From Aplysia californica (lineage: Eukaryota): a stretch of 64,000 nt of DNA. The position numbers and the translations under genes were made by a program. The notes under the pieces are model-generated. The model had not been told where the DNA came from. It did no database searches and was given only the letters and a program-made list of their open reading frames with translations. Position 1 is the stretch's first letter; each line of letters begins with the position of its first letter. Shown here piece after piece: positions 14,144 to 26,900 of the stretch. Location of the stretch: NCBI RefSeq assembly GCF_000002075.1, contig NW_004797333.1:1642717-1706716 (forward strand). The letters run 5' to 3'.

Positions 14144-14816
14144 TATATTGCATAATCAGTAGTGAGAAAATTGGTATTTCAGAGCAATCACTGCAGATGG
14201 TTTCTCTTGTCGACCCAATCACAATGCATACCAAAATTTAGGATATTCTCTCCCCTTTCTAATGGCTGGCAGAGCGCATGAATATCTAGAACATGTAAAG
14301 AAAGTGAAGCTTTGTGCATCCACACCCTTTTGTTTCTTTGGAGAGCAAACTTGTATCGCCTAGATCCATTTCTGCCATGCGCAAACCTATTTCTTGAAAA
14401 TTCTTGTTCTAGGTGGTGGTAACCTTGTTTTGAAGACGTAATACATAAACACTTTGAAGCTGTTCTTTTATCGTAGCTGCTTTTTAAAGTTGGTTTGTGA
14501 GTAGTGAATGTGTTGTTGTCAGGTCATCTCAAAGCATATCTATTTGAAGCAGAAACAATGGGAAAACTTTAATGCCACTTTTCTCAAAATTTTGCTTCCG
14601 TACCCTGTCTTACAAAATCACCCATATCCCAAAAACTACAAAAAATATCGTAAAAATTAAAAAAGGATATTGTTCAAAAATTATCTTCATACATGTAAAT
14701 GAGAAAAAACCCAGGATTCTTCAAGATGTGTCATTTGGTACCTTTCACCAGACACACACACATATAATATCTATATAATGTCACACATACACGCAAGTAA
14801 TATACACATCTGGTAC

Positions 14817-14964
14817 CTACTTCTTTCTTCCATTCATTTCAAAAACTGTGTAGTCATCATCGTCCTCATCTCCATCACCTAAAGGTTCCATCTCCATCCC
14901 ACCTCCATCATCGTGCTGGGTTATGATTCCATATTTCCGAGATTTGGATCTTTTTCTCCTCAGT
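14817..14964 (-). CDS. FAM174: FAM174-family membrane protein, coding exon 2 (cytoplasmic tail)
   Basis: Acceptor ttacAG; encodes (R)LRRKRSKSRKYGIITQHDDGGGMEMEPLGDGDEDDDDYTVFEMNGRKK*, with the RKYG..MEM.PL..DDD.TVF signature of FAM174/DUF1180. Phase matches the upstream exon. Confidence 0.93.
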
Positions 14965-15938
14965 CTGTAAATGAGTACAAACAAAAATTAAGTTATGAAT
15001 GACATATAAGTCTTGACACCATGAAATAATTCCCTGTGACGCACCCCAAAAAAAATGTTCTTACCTACACTAAAAGCCAGACTGCAACAAGAAATAGAAC
15101 ATCAGCTAAATCAATTCATACTTTTAAAGTGAGTGTATGAACTGTATCAAATCAGGCTAAAGACAATTCTAATCCCTCACAAGTACTGGTGAAGTGAAAG
15201 TTATCTCTGTGCAATTTGTTCAGCACAGCAGACACAAAAAGGACAACTACTCCAATATAATGAATTATTATACATCATGTAAAGACATTTCATTTTAATT
15301 TTTTTTTAAAGAGGAGAAATTAGCTCAAAAACCAAACATTTTCAGAAAATGGCAAGTGTGTGATCAATAATTGTACAAATAAGTCTGTGACTAAACATTT
15401 TAACATTATAACATCACTATAAAATGTAAAATAAAATTTGATTTGATTTTGACACAATTAAACTCATTGTACTAATAGAGATTCACAAGATTATAATTTT
15501 CAACAGCACTAAAATACAACAGTGTCCAGTAACGATAACACAGCATAAACCACTGCATAATAATTGTTCGTAATCCAAGGCTTCCAAAACCAGCTCAGAG
15601 GGACACAATCAATTAGGTCACAGAGATAGGACAGAGATCTTAAAGCAACATTCCGACTAAGCAAATTAAAGTAATTAAAAAGACTCCCTCACAGACTTCC
15701 ATGAACTATGAAACTCTAGATTTGTCCCTGAAGTTCCTTGTGTTCCAAAACTGTAAGTCAAAATACACTTTAGATCAAAATAATTTTTCATCATTGAAAG
15801 TACAGGCACAGGTCAATCATGAATTAAAATAATTTGCAATCGTCTCCAAACTAAAATTAAAATTATATAGTAAAAATTAACATTGAATCATTGAATATAT
15901 ATATATATATAAAAAACAAAAATTTCTTCACTACTTAC

Positions 15939-16420
15939 CTCAAAGCTCTTACGACAAAATACACCACCACTATCCCTGTGACTCCCAACAAAACATACAT
16001 GGCTCGAAACAGCATGCCACTGTTATCTGTAATTGCTTTGAATGTGCCAAATCCTCCATCATTGTCAGTACTGGACCCCTCATTGCAAGTTGCAGTGCCA
16101 TTGTGACACTTGATTTTGCCACTGCCATCAGTATCATTCACCTTGGCACTGCCCATTTCTGAGGGTTTCATTGCTGGAGCTTTCGTACTAGACTTGGCTG
16201 GCCCGGTGTCTTCTCTCGGAGAATTTGTGCCACTGCTCGAGGCAGCCACAGCTCTCAGCACTACCCCGGAATCAAACTTATTCTTTGCATTTTCAATTTT
16301 AGCTGCACTACAAAATGTTCCTCCGATTCCCAAGTCAATGGAAACCGGTAGCAAAACGGCAAATAGCCCAATGAACAAATAAAGTACTTTACAATGGGGC
16401 AACACTCTGATCCAGTTCAT
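15939..16420 (-). CDS. FAM174: FAM174-family membrane protein, coding exon 1 (signal peptide, S/T-rich ectodomain, TM helix)
   Basis: aaaATG at 16420; hydrophobic N-terminus; TM segment RAMYVLLGVTGIVVVYFVVRA; donor AG|GTAAGT after 15939. The exon probably starts at acceptor ccccAG (16593), so it includes 5'UTR. Confidence 0.92.
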
Positions 16421-17003
16421 TTTGAAGCAAAACTGCAAACCTTTGCACTTTCAACGAGTTTACAAAACTAAGGTCCTAAGTGGCATGAGTTAAATGCTCA
16501 TTCCTCAAACCTTTTTCAAAAGGAACTGTTCAGATACTTATGAATAAAGAATACTTTGGCAAGCAGTACTGGAGAGGAACTGTTTCTGTGCACCTGGGGA
16601 CAAATTGAAAGAAAACGATCTTCAAATGAGAGTTCAAATTATCTCAGACCAACAAAAGTTTACATGATAAAGACAGCAGAGATATTTAAATGAGAATGAG
16701 ACTTAAAAAGTCAGACTGCAGTTTGGGGGGGTCATATATACATATATATCACGTGCCATAAAGATTAAAGGTGTTACAAGAGCACAACATATTTAAAGAA
16801 AAGGAAGAGGCAAGATAGAACAATAGATGTTTGACAGGAAAGAAGGAACAAACTGCACCAAAGCACCCGCCAACCACCAAAACGAATATGAAGAAACCAG
16901 GCCAAAGACACATGTTACAAAAGAGCTTGCTTGCCAAAGAATGCTATGGTCAAAACTAATAACAGTACTGTTCAACTTGGGGATGCGAAATCAGAAATAT
17001 ATG

Positions 17004-18010
17004 CAGTCGAACCTGACATGATGGCCACCTGTACAAATGGCCACTTTCCATTCTCCTCCTTGTGTTTTTTCTCTTCACTGTGTAAAACGGTCACCTGTCC
17101 AACATGGTCGCGGCCACCTTATTTTATCAACCCAGTGTCAAATTTACCTAGCATGGTCACTCACTGCCTGATGCTTTGTCATAAATTTTGAATCGGCCCC
17201 TCATCCTGTGGATGGGCTGTTATAAAATCATTCACTTGTCATTCGTAATCCCTCCAGTGGATGTATTGTTTACCCAAGTTGACCAATGGGTAAGCCTAAC
17301 AATAAATTTTCAACTGCTGGTGAGGGCAGTGTGATCTGCATAACCTATAAGCACTGCCCACAACTCATGCACAAATTGTGTGTGAGGTGACTGGTCACTG
17401 TTTTGTTTATCTAATCTGTAACAAAAAATGGACGCTGATGTGAACTTGCGACAGAAGCGCCACTCTTTCTACAAGTGGTGGTGACCTGTGTGTTTGTTTT
17501 ACCAAGGCACTCTGTCTTCATAGTCTTTCTTACATTATATTTCGTTTATTTTACCCTTGCACAAAATCAGCAACAAAAAGAGAGCTTACCAAAAAACAAC
17601 ACAAAAAAACCCTTCTTACACCACCCACCTCCCTTTTCAAAAGAAAACAAAAACCCTTTAGACTTAGCCTTACGGCAGTCCTAATCCTGAGATCAGCCCC
17701 GGTTTGGACCTCGGAAGAGAATGGTTTGCTTTCTTCATTTTGATCAGTCCTGCTTAAGACGGCCACCTGTGTTATACGGCCACTTTTCTCCATGACAATG
17801 GGCGGCCGTTTTACACAGCTTTGACTTACAGTCAGTCCTTAAGACATGTTATTGTTCGGTGTGACAGGGGTTGTGAGTTAAAATATGGTGGCCGCGGCCA
17901 CGTTGGACAGGTGACCGCTGTACATAAATAGAAAAAAACTCAAGGGGGGAAATGGAAAACGTCCGTTTGTCTACATTTTATAGCGGTGGCCGTCATGTCA
18001 GGTTTGACAG
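17004..18010. mobile_element. Tc1/mariner (pogo/Tigger-like) MITE
   Basis: TIR CAGTCGAACCTGACATGATGGCCACC / GGTGGCCGTCATGTCAGGTTTGACAG; TA on right flank, TG on left; repeated internal GGCCACC/GGTCACC motifs. Confidence 0.8.
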
Positions 18011-19085
18011 TATATATTTCAACCACATATTCGATTATAATGCTCTGTGAAACTGGTGTCTTCAACTTGAAAATTCTTTAATCTAATGTGTCAAAGGCAA
18101 AACAGGCCTTCTGATTAAATTAATGAATGGCAAGAGTCGACACCAAAGTTAACCCACAGTACATGGTTTTTAGCATAAAGCATGCTTAACTGCAAATTGA
18201 CCAAAGCAACAGTGTATGAAACTTAATTTAAAATATAAATTTTGGTGGAATTGCGCTTCATGATGAAGCCAGTGTACTAATAAAATGACAACTCCTCCTT
18301 TGTTCTGTTTTAGTATCATTTAACCCCCCCCCCTCCCCCCCCCAATAAAAAGAACTCAACAAAACACCCAATTATGAATGGTGCAGCTGATCAGGTAGGC
18401 ACGACGACTCGCATCCCCCCCCCCCCCTCCACACACCACCTAACCCTCCCCCAAAGATTGTGATTTGCGATAGCCATGACAATGCGCATTTCATGTTTGC
18501 AAGTGAGTGACGAAAAGACCGTCTCCATTTAACTTTGTGGACTTGGAGTGTGATGAGATGACTGCAACGTCTTGACTGCACCGGTGTGACGAAATGACTG
18601 GTACCCGGAAAGAAGGAGCAAATAACACCAGAGCTACCACAAACCATCCCTTCCCATGAAAAGAATATAGATACAGAACAGAAAAGAAACATTAACAAAT
18701 TATTTTAGAGAAGTTCTGGACCAGAGGAAGAGCAGAGAAAGCTGAAAGCCTGTCTCAAGAAACTGTTTGGATTGCAATCCATTCCACCAGGACAAACTCT
18801 ATGATGCAACATGCACATCAAAAGTTAAAAAACAATCTAGATCAGATCAGACCAGTGACTAGAATCTAGACCAGACACATTATTTATTTATATTTAGTCT
18901 TTCAGCTCTTGAGTTGGAGCAAATCTTTTGTTCTAGACTCTGGGACTTTTAAAAGTTAAATCGTGAGAATGTAAGTTCGTGTAATACCAAATTTGTATTG
19001 GTAGATCTAGTAGTCTAGTAGTTTCAGTTATTGAGTTACGACAACCATACACACACTCCTAACCCCTTGACGTATTACTGTTTTA

Positions 19086-19541
19086 GGCCACCCCAGGTGA
19101 GAATAGCTCATGACCCGTTATTCTCACCCCCACCCTGGTGTGGGCATGAAGCGAAGCCGCCCCCCCCCCCGGCCGATAAAATCACCTAGGCCCTAGGTGG
19201 CTAACCGGTCTCTATTAAATTTTTTAAAATCAAATAGCCTTCTTAAAATTAGGCTATATTTAATAATTGAGAGGACCAGTAGGTATCAGATGCGTTTTGC
19301 TCTTGACATTTAGTTCTTGCATAACCATACTGGAATGGCAAGTCTTTTTTTTTTTTCACTATTGTTTGCTGTTCATGGTGTGAAATGGCCTTCACCCAGC
19401 CCATTAAACTTTATAAACTAAACTGAAACTTCTACAACTTATAAATAAGTTATTCTCTGTGCTGTCCTGTGTGTGTCTGTGCTATAGGCCTACTATAGCA
19501 CACCTGAGGGGTGTCTCACCCCTGGTGAGAATAGCCACTTC
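19086..19541 (+). mobile_element. Asymmetric-end MULE-like element, CTCACC subfamily with a different interior
   Basis: Starts GGCCACCCCAGGTGAGAATAG and ends GGTGAGAATAGCCACTTC like 10266-10766; interior unrelated; TSD degenerate. Confidence 0.65.
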
Positions 19542-19788
19542 CTTTTTTTAAAGTCTGAATTCATCAGGGTTCAGGTCAGCCCTAACATTTGTGGACTGAA
19601 TCAAACACTAGCCAACAAGACAAATGAAAATAAAATGTTCCAAGCTGGATGGAAGACTGTCACTCTGTCATTACAACGCTGACTCTGCCCACATAAATTA
19701 AACTCTAGAAAATCTAGTAGTGTACCTGTTGTAGCTTACGAAAAGTTGAGTAACAGCCTGCATAGATCTAGTAAGTAAAGGCCTTAGG

Positions 19789-20545
19789 GGCCAACTCTAT
19801 TCCGACTCGAGTCCGAATATGGATTTTATCTATTTGGACTCGGGTCCGAAAAAATGTTTTATTTATTCGGACTCAGCTTCAAAGTGAGTTATGTGAGTGT
19901 AAAGAGGTTACATAATATAACTGTCGTCGGAGGATTTTACGTAAAGCCAGAATTAGAACTAGAATTACCTACTAGGATTGTGTAATTGTGTCAAAAGTCA
20001 AAAGACTACACTCTTATTGCCCAATGGCAGTGTCTAAATACACGGTAACCGACAACTCAGGGTCTTTCCACAACCACTACAGCATCATTATTACTTCCAC
20101 CACCATTTGTACACGCTTTATTTCATTTTGTTGAGTGTTATAGTTTTTCTGTAATTAATTGTCTTAAAAATCACATTGCAAAAAACCGACAGCCGAGGGC
20201 TCTTCCCAGCACCTCTTACCACAGCAAGCCGAGAGTACATGATCGCTAAGCGCAATCTCATAGGTCGACATAATTAACTTTGCCCCCCAGCAAGGTCAAC
20301 TGAACTTGGTTGTTCTGTTCATAATACTAATGACGTAGGGAGGGCCAGTTTAGATAGTATAGATCTAGTAACTGGATATTAAAGCTCACGTCTCGATTGG
20401 TATAATTATAATCAAAAATTTTTTCATAAATGCTGAAAATATTTAGGAACAAGGATCGGAAGTCGGAACGGACGTCATGCTGGACTCAATATAGAGTCCG
20501 AATATAATTTTTGTCTATTCGGACTCGAATCTGAAGAGTCACTTC
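19789..20545 (+). mobile_element. Asymmetric-end MULE-like element, CGGACTC subfamily
   Basis: Starts GGCCAACTCTATTCCGACTCGAGTCCGAATA and ends TATTCGGACTCGAATCTGAAGAGTCACTTC. Flanks AGTAAGTAAA (19770-19779, separated from the end by GGCCTTAGG) and AATAAGTAAA (20546-20555). Confidence 0.65.
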
Positions 20546-20592
20546 AATAAGTAAATAGCAAGAGACAAGGACAAGAGACTAGGACTAGAATC

Positions 20593-23500
20593 GGGCGGGT
20601 AACTTTGTGCCCCGGACTACCCAGAAGAGTGATTTAATTTTCATATAAGCCGCACCTTTTTTTATCTGGTATACTAGGGAATTGCTTGTTACCGTCTCTA
20701 GTCCCTAGTGACCCTGCCGTGACCCTTTGACTGTGCTATCTGGACAGACCGAGTTGGTACTACAATATTATAACCACTCGCACCCACGTACGATGTGAGT
20801 CCCCGGGAAGCAACATAAGGGCATGTTTTTTGGATTTTTTAACGGACTGGATGAAATTATCAGCCCGTTCGTATGCTCTCTCCCTCTATCTCTTTAATCT
20901 CTCTCTCTTTCCCTCCCTCCTTTGCATGTTTCTCACTCATTGATCTGCTATTTGCAGTGTGCCTCAATAGTCGATGCAGACTTCGCGCTGTTGAGGCTAG
21001 AGAGATGAGCAGAGTAAGCCTGATTCCCCATTTCTAGAATCTGCATTTGTTGCCATTTTTTTGCTCAAAAGTTGCCATTAATTTTCAAGCTTTCAACTCT
21101 CTGTGACAACGTATATAGCAATATGTTGAGAGAGGTAACAATCTAAAGCACCAGAATTTCTTTTGCTCTTCGTTTTAAGCATCCAAATTATTTGTAGTCC
21201 CCCAGAGTGTAAAAACGTGAAAAATAAAGGTTTCACAACAGAATGAAATCAAATTTAGAACAGCACGGATAAATAACCACAAAAATTAACAAAATCCGAA
21301 GATTGGTTGTTTTAACCCTAAACGTGTGTAATTCAAGAAAAAGTACAGGATATTACATGTAAATTAAGGAATCACACTATTAGGGCGTGCCAGTGTCAGT
21401 ATTCGGTTTTGGTGGAGACATGCTCTAACATAACACATTTATATTTTTAAAAAGGTAGGAACAGCATCAAATTAAATGACATTACGCTGTATAAACACAA
21501 AAAAAGAAAAACAAATCATCACAACAATTTTTTTGAAAAATTAACATACCAACAAATTAAAACACAACAAAGAGGGAAAAATATATAAAGACAGACAGCA
21601 ATATAAATAGTATGTAATGTAATGTACTTATACCCTCCGCATGAAAATACAAACACATGGATATCTTTAAAAAATATCAAAATACATGTCTTATATGTTA
21701 TGAAGTGGCTTTGTGTTTTGTCTTTTTTTGAAAACTGCAAAAATCGCGGCCGCGATTCACAGACCAAAAAATGCCAAAAATCATGGCCGCGACCTGCCTG
21801 TTGATATCCACCCATTGGCGCTCATATAAACTTCTGCAGTTGCGAGCGATGAAAAACCTTACTAAAAAACTAAAATCTCTCCCTCTCTCAGAGCATACAG
21901 AGTGATTGTTTACCACAAGGGTGCGGCTTACACAAAAGTGATTCTATGCAACTAGGCGAAAGTGGAGCTACGCAAGAAGGACAGCCGCAACCGATGACTA
22001 TGACTGTGTTGTGTGGGCAAATACAAGAAACAACAAGCATCACTTCTTAGAACTGCCAAACGGCCTACGGTGGAAAGAGTTCCAGCAAGAAGGCAAGCTA
22101 TGTAGGGAGGTGAGGATATGTGGTTTTCGGACAAAAGTACTGCCAAACGGCCTACGGTGGAAAGAGTTCCAGCAAGAAGGCAAGCTATGTAGGGAGGTGA
22201 GGATATGCGGTTTTCGGACAAAAGTACTGATCCACAACCAGGCCCCGAAGATGTTGTGCTTGTCAGGTATTATTCAACGCTTGCTGCAGACTCACAATAC
22301 AGCTGCCCATGCATGCATGCAGCCGCCGCATCACTTGGGTGGAGAAGGGACCAGCACATCTTGTCAGTGAACACAGTTTGAGGATAGGGTAGCTCTTGTG
22401 GAGTACAAGGGAACGTGGAAGGGTGTTCGGCCACCGCGTGGCAATTCAAAGATGCACAAAGGATGTTACGCCCGCACGGCAGGAACTATCATAGATCAGA
22501 CTGCCGCCAACCGACACATGCCGCCCAATGTACTCTACACAAAGACGGTCAGTCAAAGCCAGGGGCAACCGATCAAGCTACAACCGCGGAACAAGCAGCT
22601 GATCAAGAAGAAACAACGAGCTGAGCGCCAAAAATGAGACGGAGTACAGGGTACATCCGAGGGCAACCCGACAGACCAAATGCTGAATTTAACAAGCCTC
22701 ATCAGCCTCCGCGACTTCCTCCAATGCATTCAGTACAAGATGAGTGGCGCAGCAGTGGCGCCCTCTGTGATTCTCTTCCACGAAGACCAAATTCAGAATC
22801 TGAAGGCCTTCTGCTGCAACGGACGGACAGTACTGGGAATTGACAAAACGTATAATCTTGGCGATCTCTTGGTAACAGCCTTAAACTTCAAGAATCTCTC
22901 CCTTAGAAAGGAACACAATGACCAGCCGCCAATCTTCGCCCGGCTGGTCTTTCTTTATTCAACAGGTATGTTTGACGATTTCTTCTACTTTTTGTCCACC
23001 GTGGCAGCGGCACTTATGGAACCTGGAGGAACCCCATCATAGGCACCGACGTAGAGAAGGTGCTAACGCGGGCAGTGAGAGTGGCCTTCCAAAACTGCAG
23101 GCATGCTCTATGTACTCTCCACATGAAGAAGAACACTATTCAGCATCTTCGTGATAAAGTGGGAGTGGAAACTAGGAGAAGGAACATTCTCATTGGTCTG
23201 ATTTTCGGAGAACAAGGAGTTATCAAGTCGGCTAACAGAGCAAACATGACATGAGAGTAGCAAGAGCAGCAACCCAGTGGCCAGCAGAGGACATGGCATA
23301 TTTCCTTAAACTCGCTGATCAGTTGAAGGAAAACGTTCTCAGGCTTTTCTGGGAAGGGTGCATACCAACTTCAACCTGGACAAATAACAACGCAGAAAGC
23401 TTGAATGCAGTCCTTAAACATCTCGTGTGATGGACTCCTAAACAACTTCCACAGCTGGTTGATGTCCTGCGCAATCTTGTTCTCACACAGAATGCTGATC

Positions 23501-23923
23501 ACAGCGTGTGCTTCTGGGGATCGGAGAACATGTCCTGGCACTGTCACATGCTCATGTCGCCAGAGCAGTGGAACACACTGGCAGCCATTGCGGATGCTGA
23601 TGCGGCCTGCGCGCAGAGCAGGAACAGGTGAAAATACACTCACAGTCAACAGTACGCCAAGCAAGTTTTTATTTTCCCTCTGTTGTTTCTTTTTACTTGT
23701 TACTTTTTCTCTGCACTCAATGACCATTATTGTGTCGATGTGCTTCTCTTTACTCAAGAGAAAAATAAACAAAAAACCAAAACAATACTATTCACAGAAA
23801 ATAGACGTTGATAATAAACATTACTTTTCAGGGCATTCCACTAACAGAAAATATACGTCGAAAGTAAATCACTCTTCGGGACAATAGGGGTAAATCTAGT
23901 CTGGGGCACAAAGTTACCCGACC
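20593..23923 (+). mobile_element. Mutator-like (MULE) DNA transposon, decayed, with nested insertions
   Basis: TIR CGGGTAACTTTGTGCCCCGGACTA (20596-20619) / TAGTCTGGGGCACAAAGTTACCCG (23897-23920), continuing inward (GAAGAGTGATTTA); GACTAGA on both flanks; encloses MULE transposase remnants. Confidence 0.85.
21950..23640 (+). pseudogene. MULE transposase pseudogene
   Basis: Fragments in shifting frames: VLGIDKTYNLG (first D), GTDVEK (second D), LCTLHMKKN (CxxH), WTNNNAESLNAVLKH (catalytic E). Several stops and frameshifts; ends approximate. Confidence 0.85.
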
Positions 23924-23994
23924 TGACTAGATCTAGAATCTAGATTTCTAGATATAGCTCTAGATTCTAGTACTAGTACTACTAGTAGTAAGTC

Positions 23995-26900
23995 TGGAAG
24001 CTCAACTGTTGTGTTTGTTGTTAGCGATCCAGTAGCATCTGAGCGTTAAGTCTTCTGCATGATGCCATTCAGTAATAGCTGCATGTCTGTTCTAATTGTT
24101 GTCTTGAGGAGTAGAGGCAATTAGATGTGTGGGGTAGCTTAGAAAGAAAACATCCCCTTAAATCAGTTAGTTTTCTACAGAAGAACAGATGATGTTTCTA
24201 CTGTCTCTGAGGGGTAGTCACATAGTGGGCAGGCAGCAGACTGCTTCACTCCAATTCGGTAGAGATGTTGGTTGAGGGGTACATGTTGTGTTCGAAGTTG
24301 GAAGATTATGGATTGATCTCCCATCTTCAACTCATTGATTGGATATTGACCAGTGGTTTATTCATGTGGCCATACATCATCCTTCCTGTCGTACCTGTGG
24401 CCCAATCATTCATCCAGTTTTCCTTGAGGTTTGACTTGATCATTTGGCAGCAGGTGGTGTAATCAGTAGGAATTTCAGGCTGAGGGAGGCTAGCTCCTTT
24501 CTTTGCTAGAGCATCAGCTCTTTCATTTCCTGGTATCCCAGTGAGGGCAGGAATCCATTGAAGGACTACTCTGACTTGGTGCCTACTTATCAAATTATGT
24601 AGACTCCAAATCAAGTGCAATATATCTTTGTTCACATCAGTCCCACTCTCAAGGGTCTCTCGTGTTGAAAGGCTGTCTGTAAAGATAACAATGTCTGTGG
24701 TAGCAAGTGGGTTAATGTCAAACAAGTAGTTGATGTAGTTTGCTGTGTTGGTGATAGCCTGTTGTTCAGCAATGAAATTGGAGCAGAAGGACCTGCTGGA
24801 ATTAAAGACTTCTTTTTTAATCCCACTAGGCAAGTTGATCACTGACCCATATCCAGCGTTGATTGTTGCCTTAAAGGCAGATCCATCAGTGTATGAGTGG
24901 ATCCATGTCGGTGGACAGGAATCAATTCGTCGCCCATCTCACAAAAGGGCGTATCGTCAAAATTACCGGTTTTGAGTTAACACCACCATGGTGTGTCTGG
25001 TAGTGAGATCTATCTACTCTCAAAACGGCGTATCGATAGCTTTAAAAATGGCGGAGTTATGAGCAAAAAGCATTTAGCCCTATAGCTCTCGGGCAGGACA
25101 CTGCATCTCACATAGAGGCGTATATGCCTTCTTACGCCCCTCTGTGAGAATATATACGGAGGCATGTGACCGCATACGCCATGGTATAAGATGTTTCCTT
25201 TTGTTTTCTTACTTGTAAATGAGGGGGATGCATCTCATTTCATGTTTAGTAGTCTTGCGATTCTTTCTCACTGCATCATTGAGGGACTTTTAGGCGCTTC
25301 CGTATCATTAGTTCAAGTTGACAGTGTTGTTTTTGGTACCTGTGCTTCAAATTTCATCTTTGCTTTCAGCGTTTGATGTTCATGTACCCATAAAGTGATA
25401 GTATCTTAGCTCATTTATAAGCTTATAAACATTCACTTTTAAAAATATTTTCTACAAGTAAAAGTTTTAATTAGGTCCATGAGTCCCCAAAGACGTGGTA
25501 TTGCAGAAAGTTCTGATTATATTGACGATTAAGATGCAGACCCGTCTTTCCAACCTGGTGGTTTCTGTGTCATGTAAGAAGGACATATTTGCAGCTTGTT
25601 GAAGGTGTGTATTGCTCCTGTGCTATACATACAGTCACTTTGTGGAAGAAACGGGCTCATGGTAGTCTTTAAAAAAAGCCACATAGCATCATGAGTAGAA
25701 TACGGATAAAACCAGAAGAGAAACTCGGTCGTCGTTGGATATTGTACTCAACCTGAAAATTTCATGACAGAAGGTGCTGTCAAAGAAGTGACTGCTCAGA
25801 AAGGTCCACAGTCCAATAAGTATAAAGAAGCTTACCATAAAGGACATCTTGGAGAGGAGTTCCTTAGCCCTATAACGGCAACACATTTCGGCGCCCACAG
25901 GATTTGAGACAGGTATGAATTTGAAAGCTATGAGAAATATGGTCGAAGCTATCATACTATTGCGAATGAAACACACGAGGAAATGTTCCAGCAATATTAC
26001 AGACTTGAAGACCATTTATCTATAACGTGAGTTTGTTGTTGGTCACATTGACTGCTCTGAATCTATGAAAGGGACGAGCTGTTCTCTCGGACAGAAGACC
26101 AATACATATTACTTGACTGTCGATGAGTACCGCCATCTGTAACACAATATCAGCTGAAACTATTGAAGTAGAAAAAAAGAGGATGATGATGCCCAGCAAC
26201 TGTCAAAGAAAGAGATGAAAAACTTCCCACCCTTATTAATGCTCATATTGCGAGGTTCCCCGCTGTTGACTCACATCACTGCTGTAGGTCAGTTTCGAGT
26301 TAAAAGGACTAGCTCTCAAACCTGAACTGAAGAGGAGACAAAACAAAGGCTGAACAATCGCATCCACGGAAAAGCCAAAGTGAGAAAACTTAAAGAAGAT
26401 AGATGCTTTCAGCTGCAATATAATCACAAACTGAAGTGATATTATGGAACAGACTCAACAGAGACTATTCAATAACTATTTATTTCCTATAAACCCACAG
26501 TACCAGTGATCTTTAAGCCCCAGAAAAATCAAGTCAAAGACGTTCCATTGAACAGCCTAAAAACTCCCTATAGCCAAGTATACTTTTCATCAGACTGGAG
26601 GAACACACATTGTTCTTCTAACTCCCCCACATTTATCTTATGACAGGTTACCACTTGCACTGTGTTTTCGCGTTGAAGTGCCTTTCCAGATCATTTTAAT
26701 CTTTCTTAACAAACTTTATTTCATTATATTTCATTGATAAACAAAGTATTATGGGCTAAAACGTTTATAAAGTATTACACAAATTCATTACACATGCTCA
26801 GAATTTATCTTTCTACTAATATTGTTGTTGTCTAAGGATGGTGCGCAGTTCTGAATGAAATTTTATACTCATTGTATTGTGCAAATTCTTATAATACCTT

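Noticed and set aside
19797-19875. Short palindromic repeats with spacers (TTCGGACTC, TTCTCACC) resembling a CRISPR array
   Set aside because: Eukaryotic context, irregular spacing, mixed orientation and no cas genes; they are subterminal motifs of DNA transposons.
21950-23640. Domesticated or active MULE transposase
   Set aside because: Multiple frameshifts and stops between the catalytic motifs, with no evident splice sites that would repair them.
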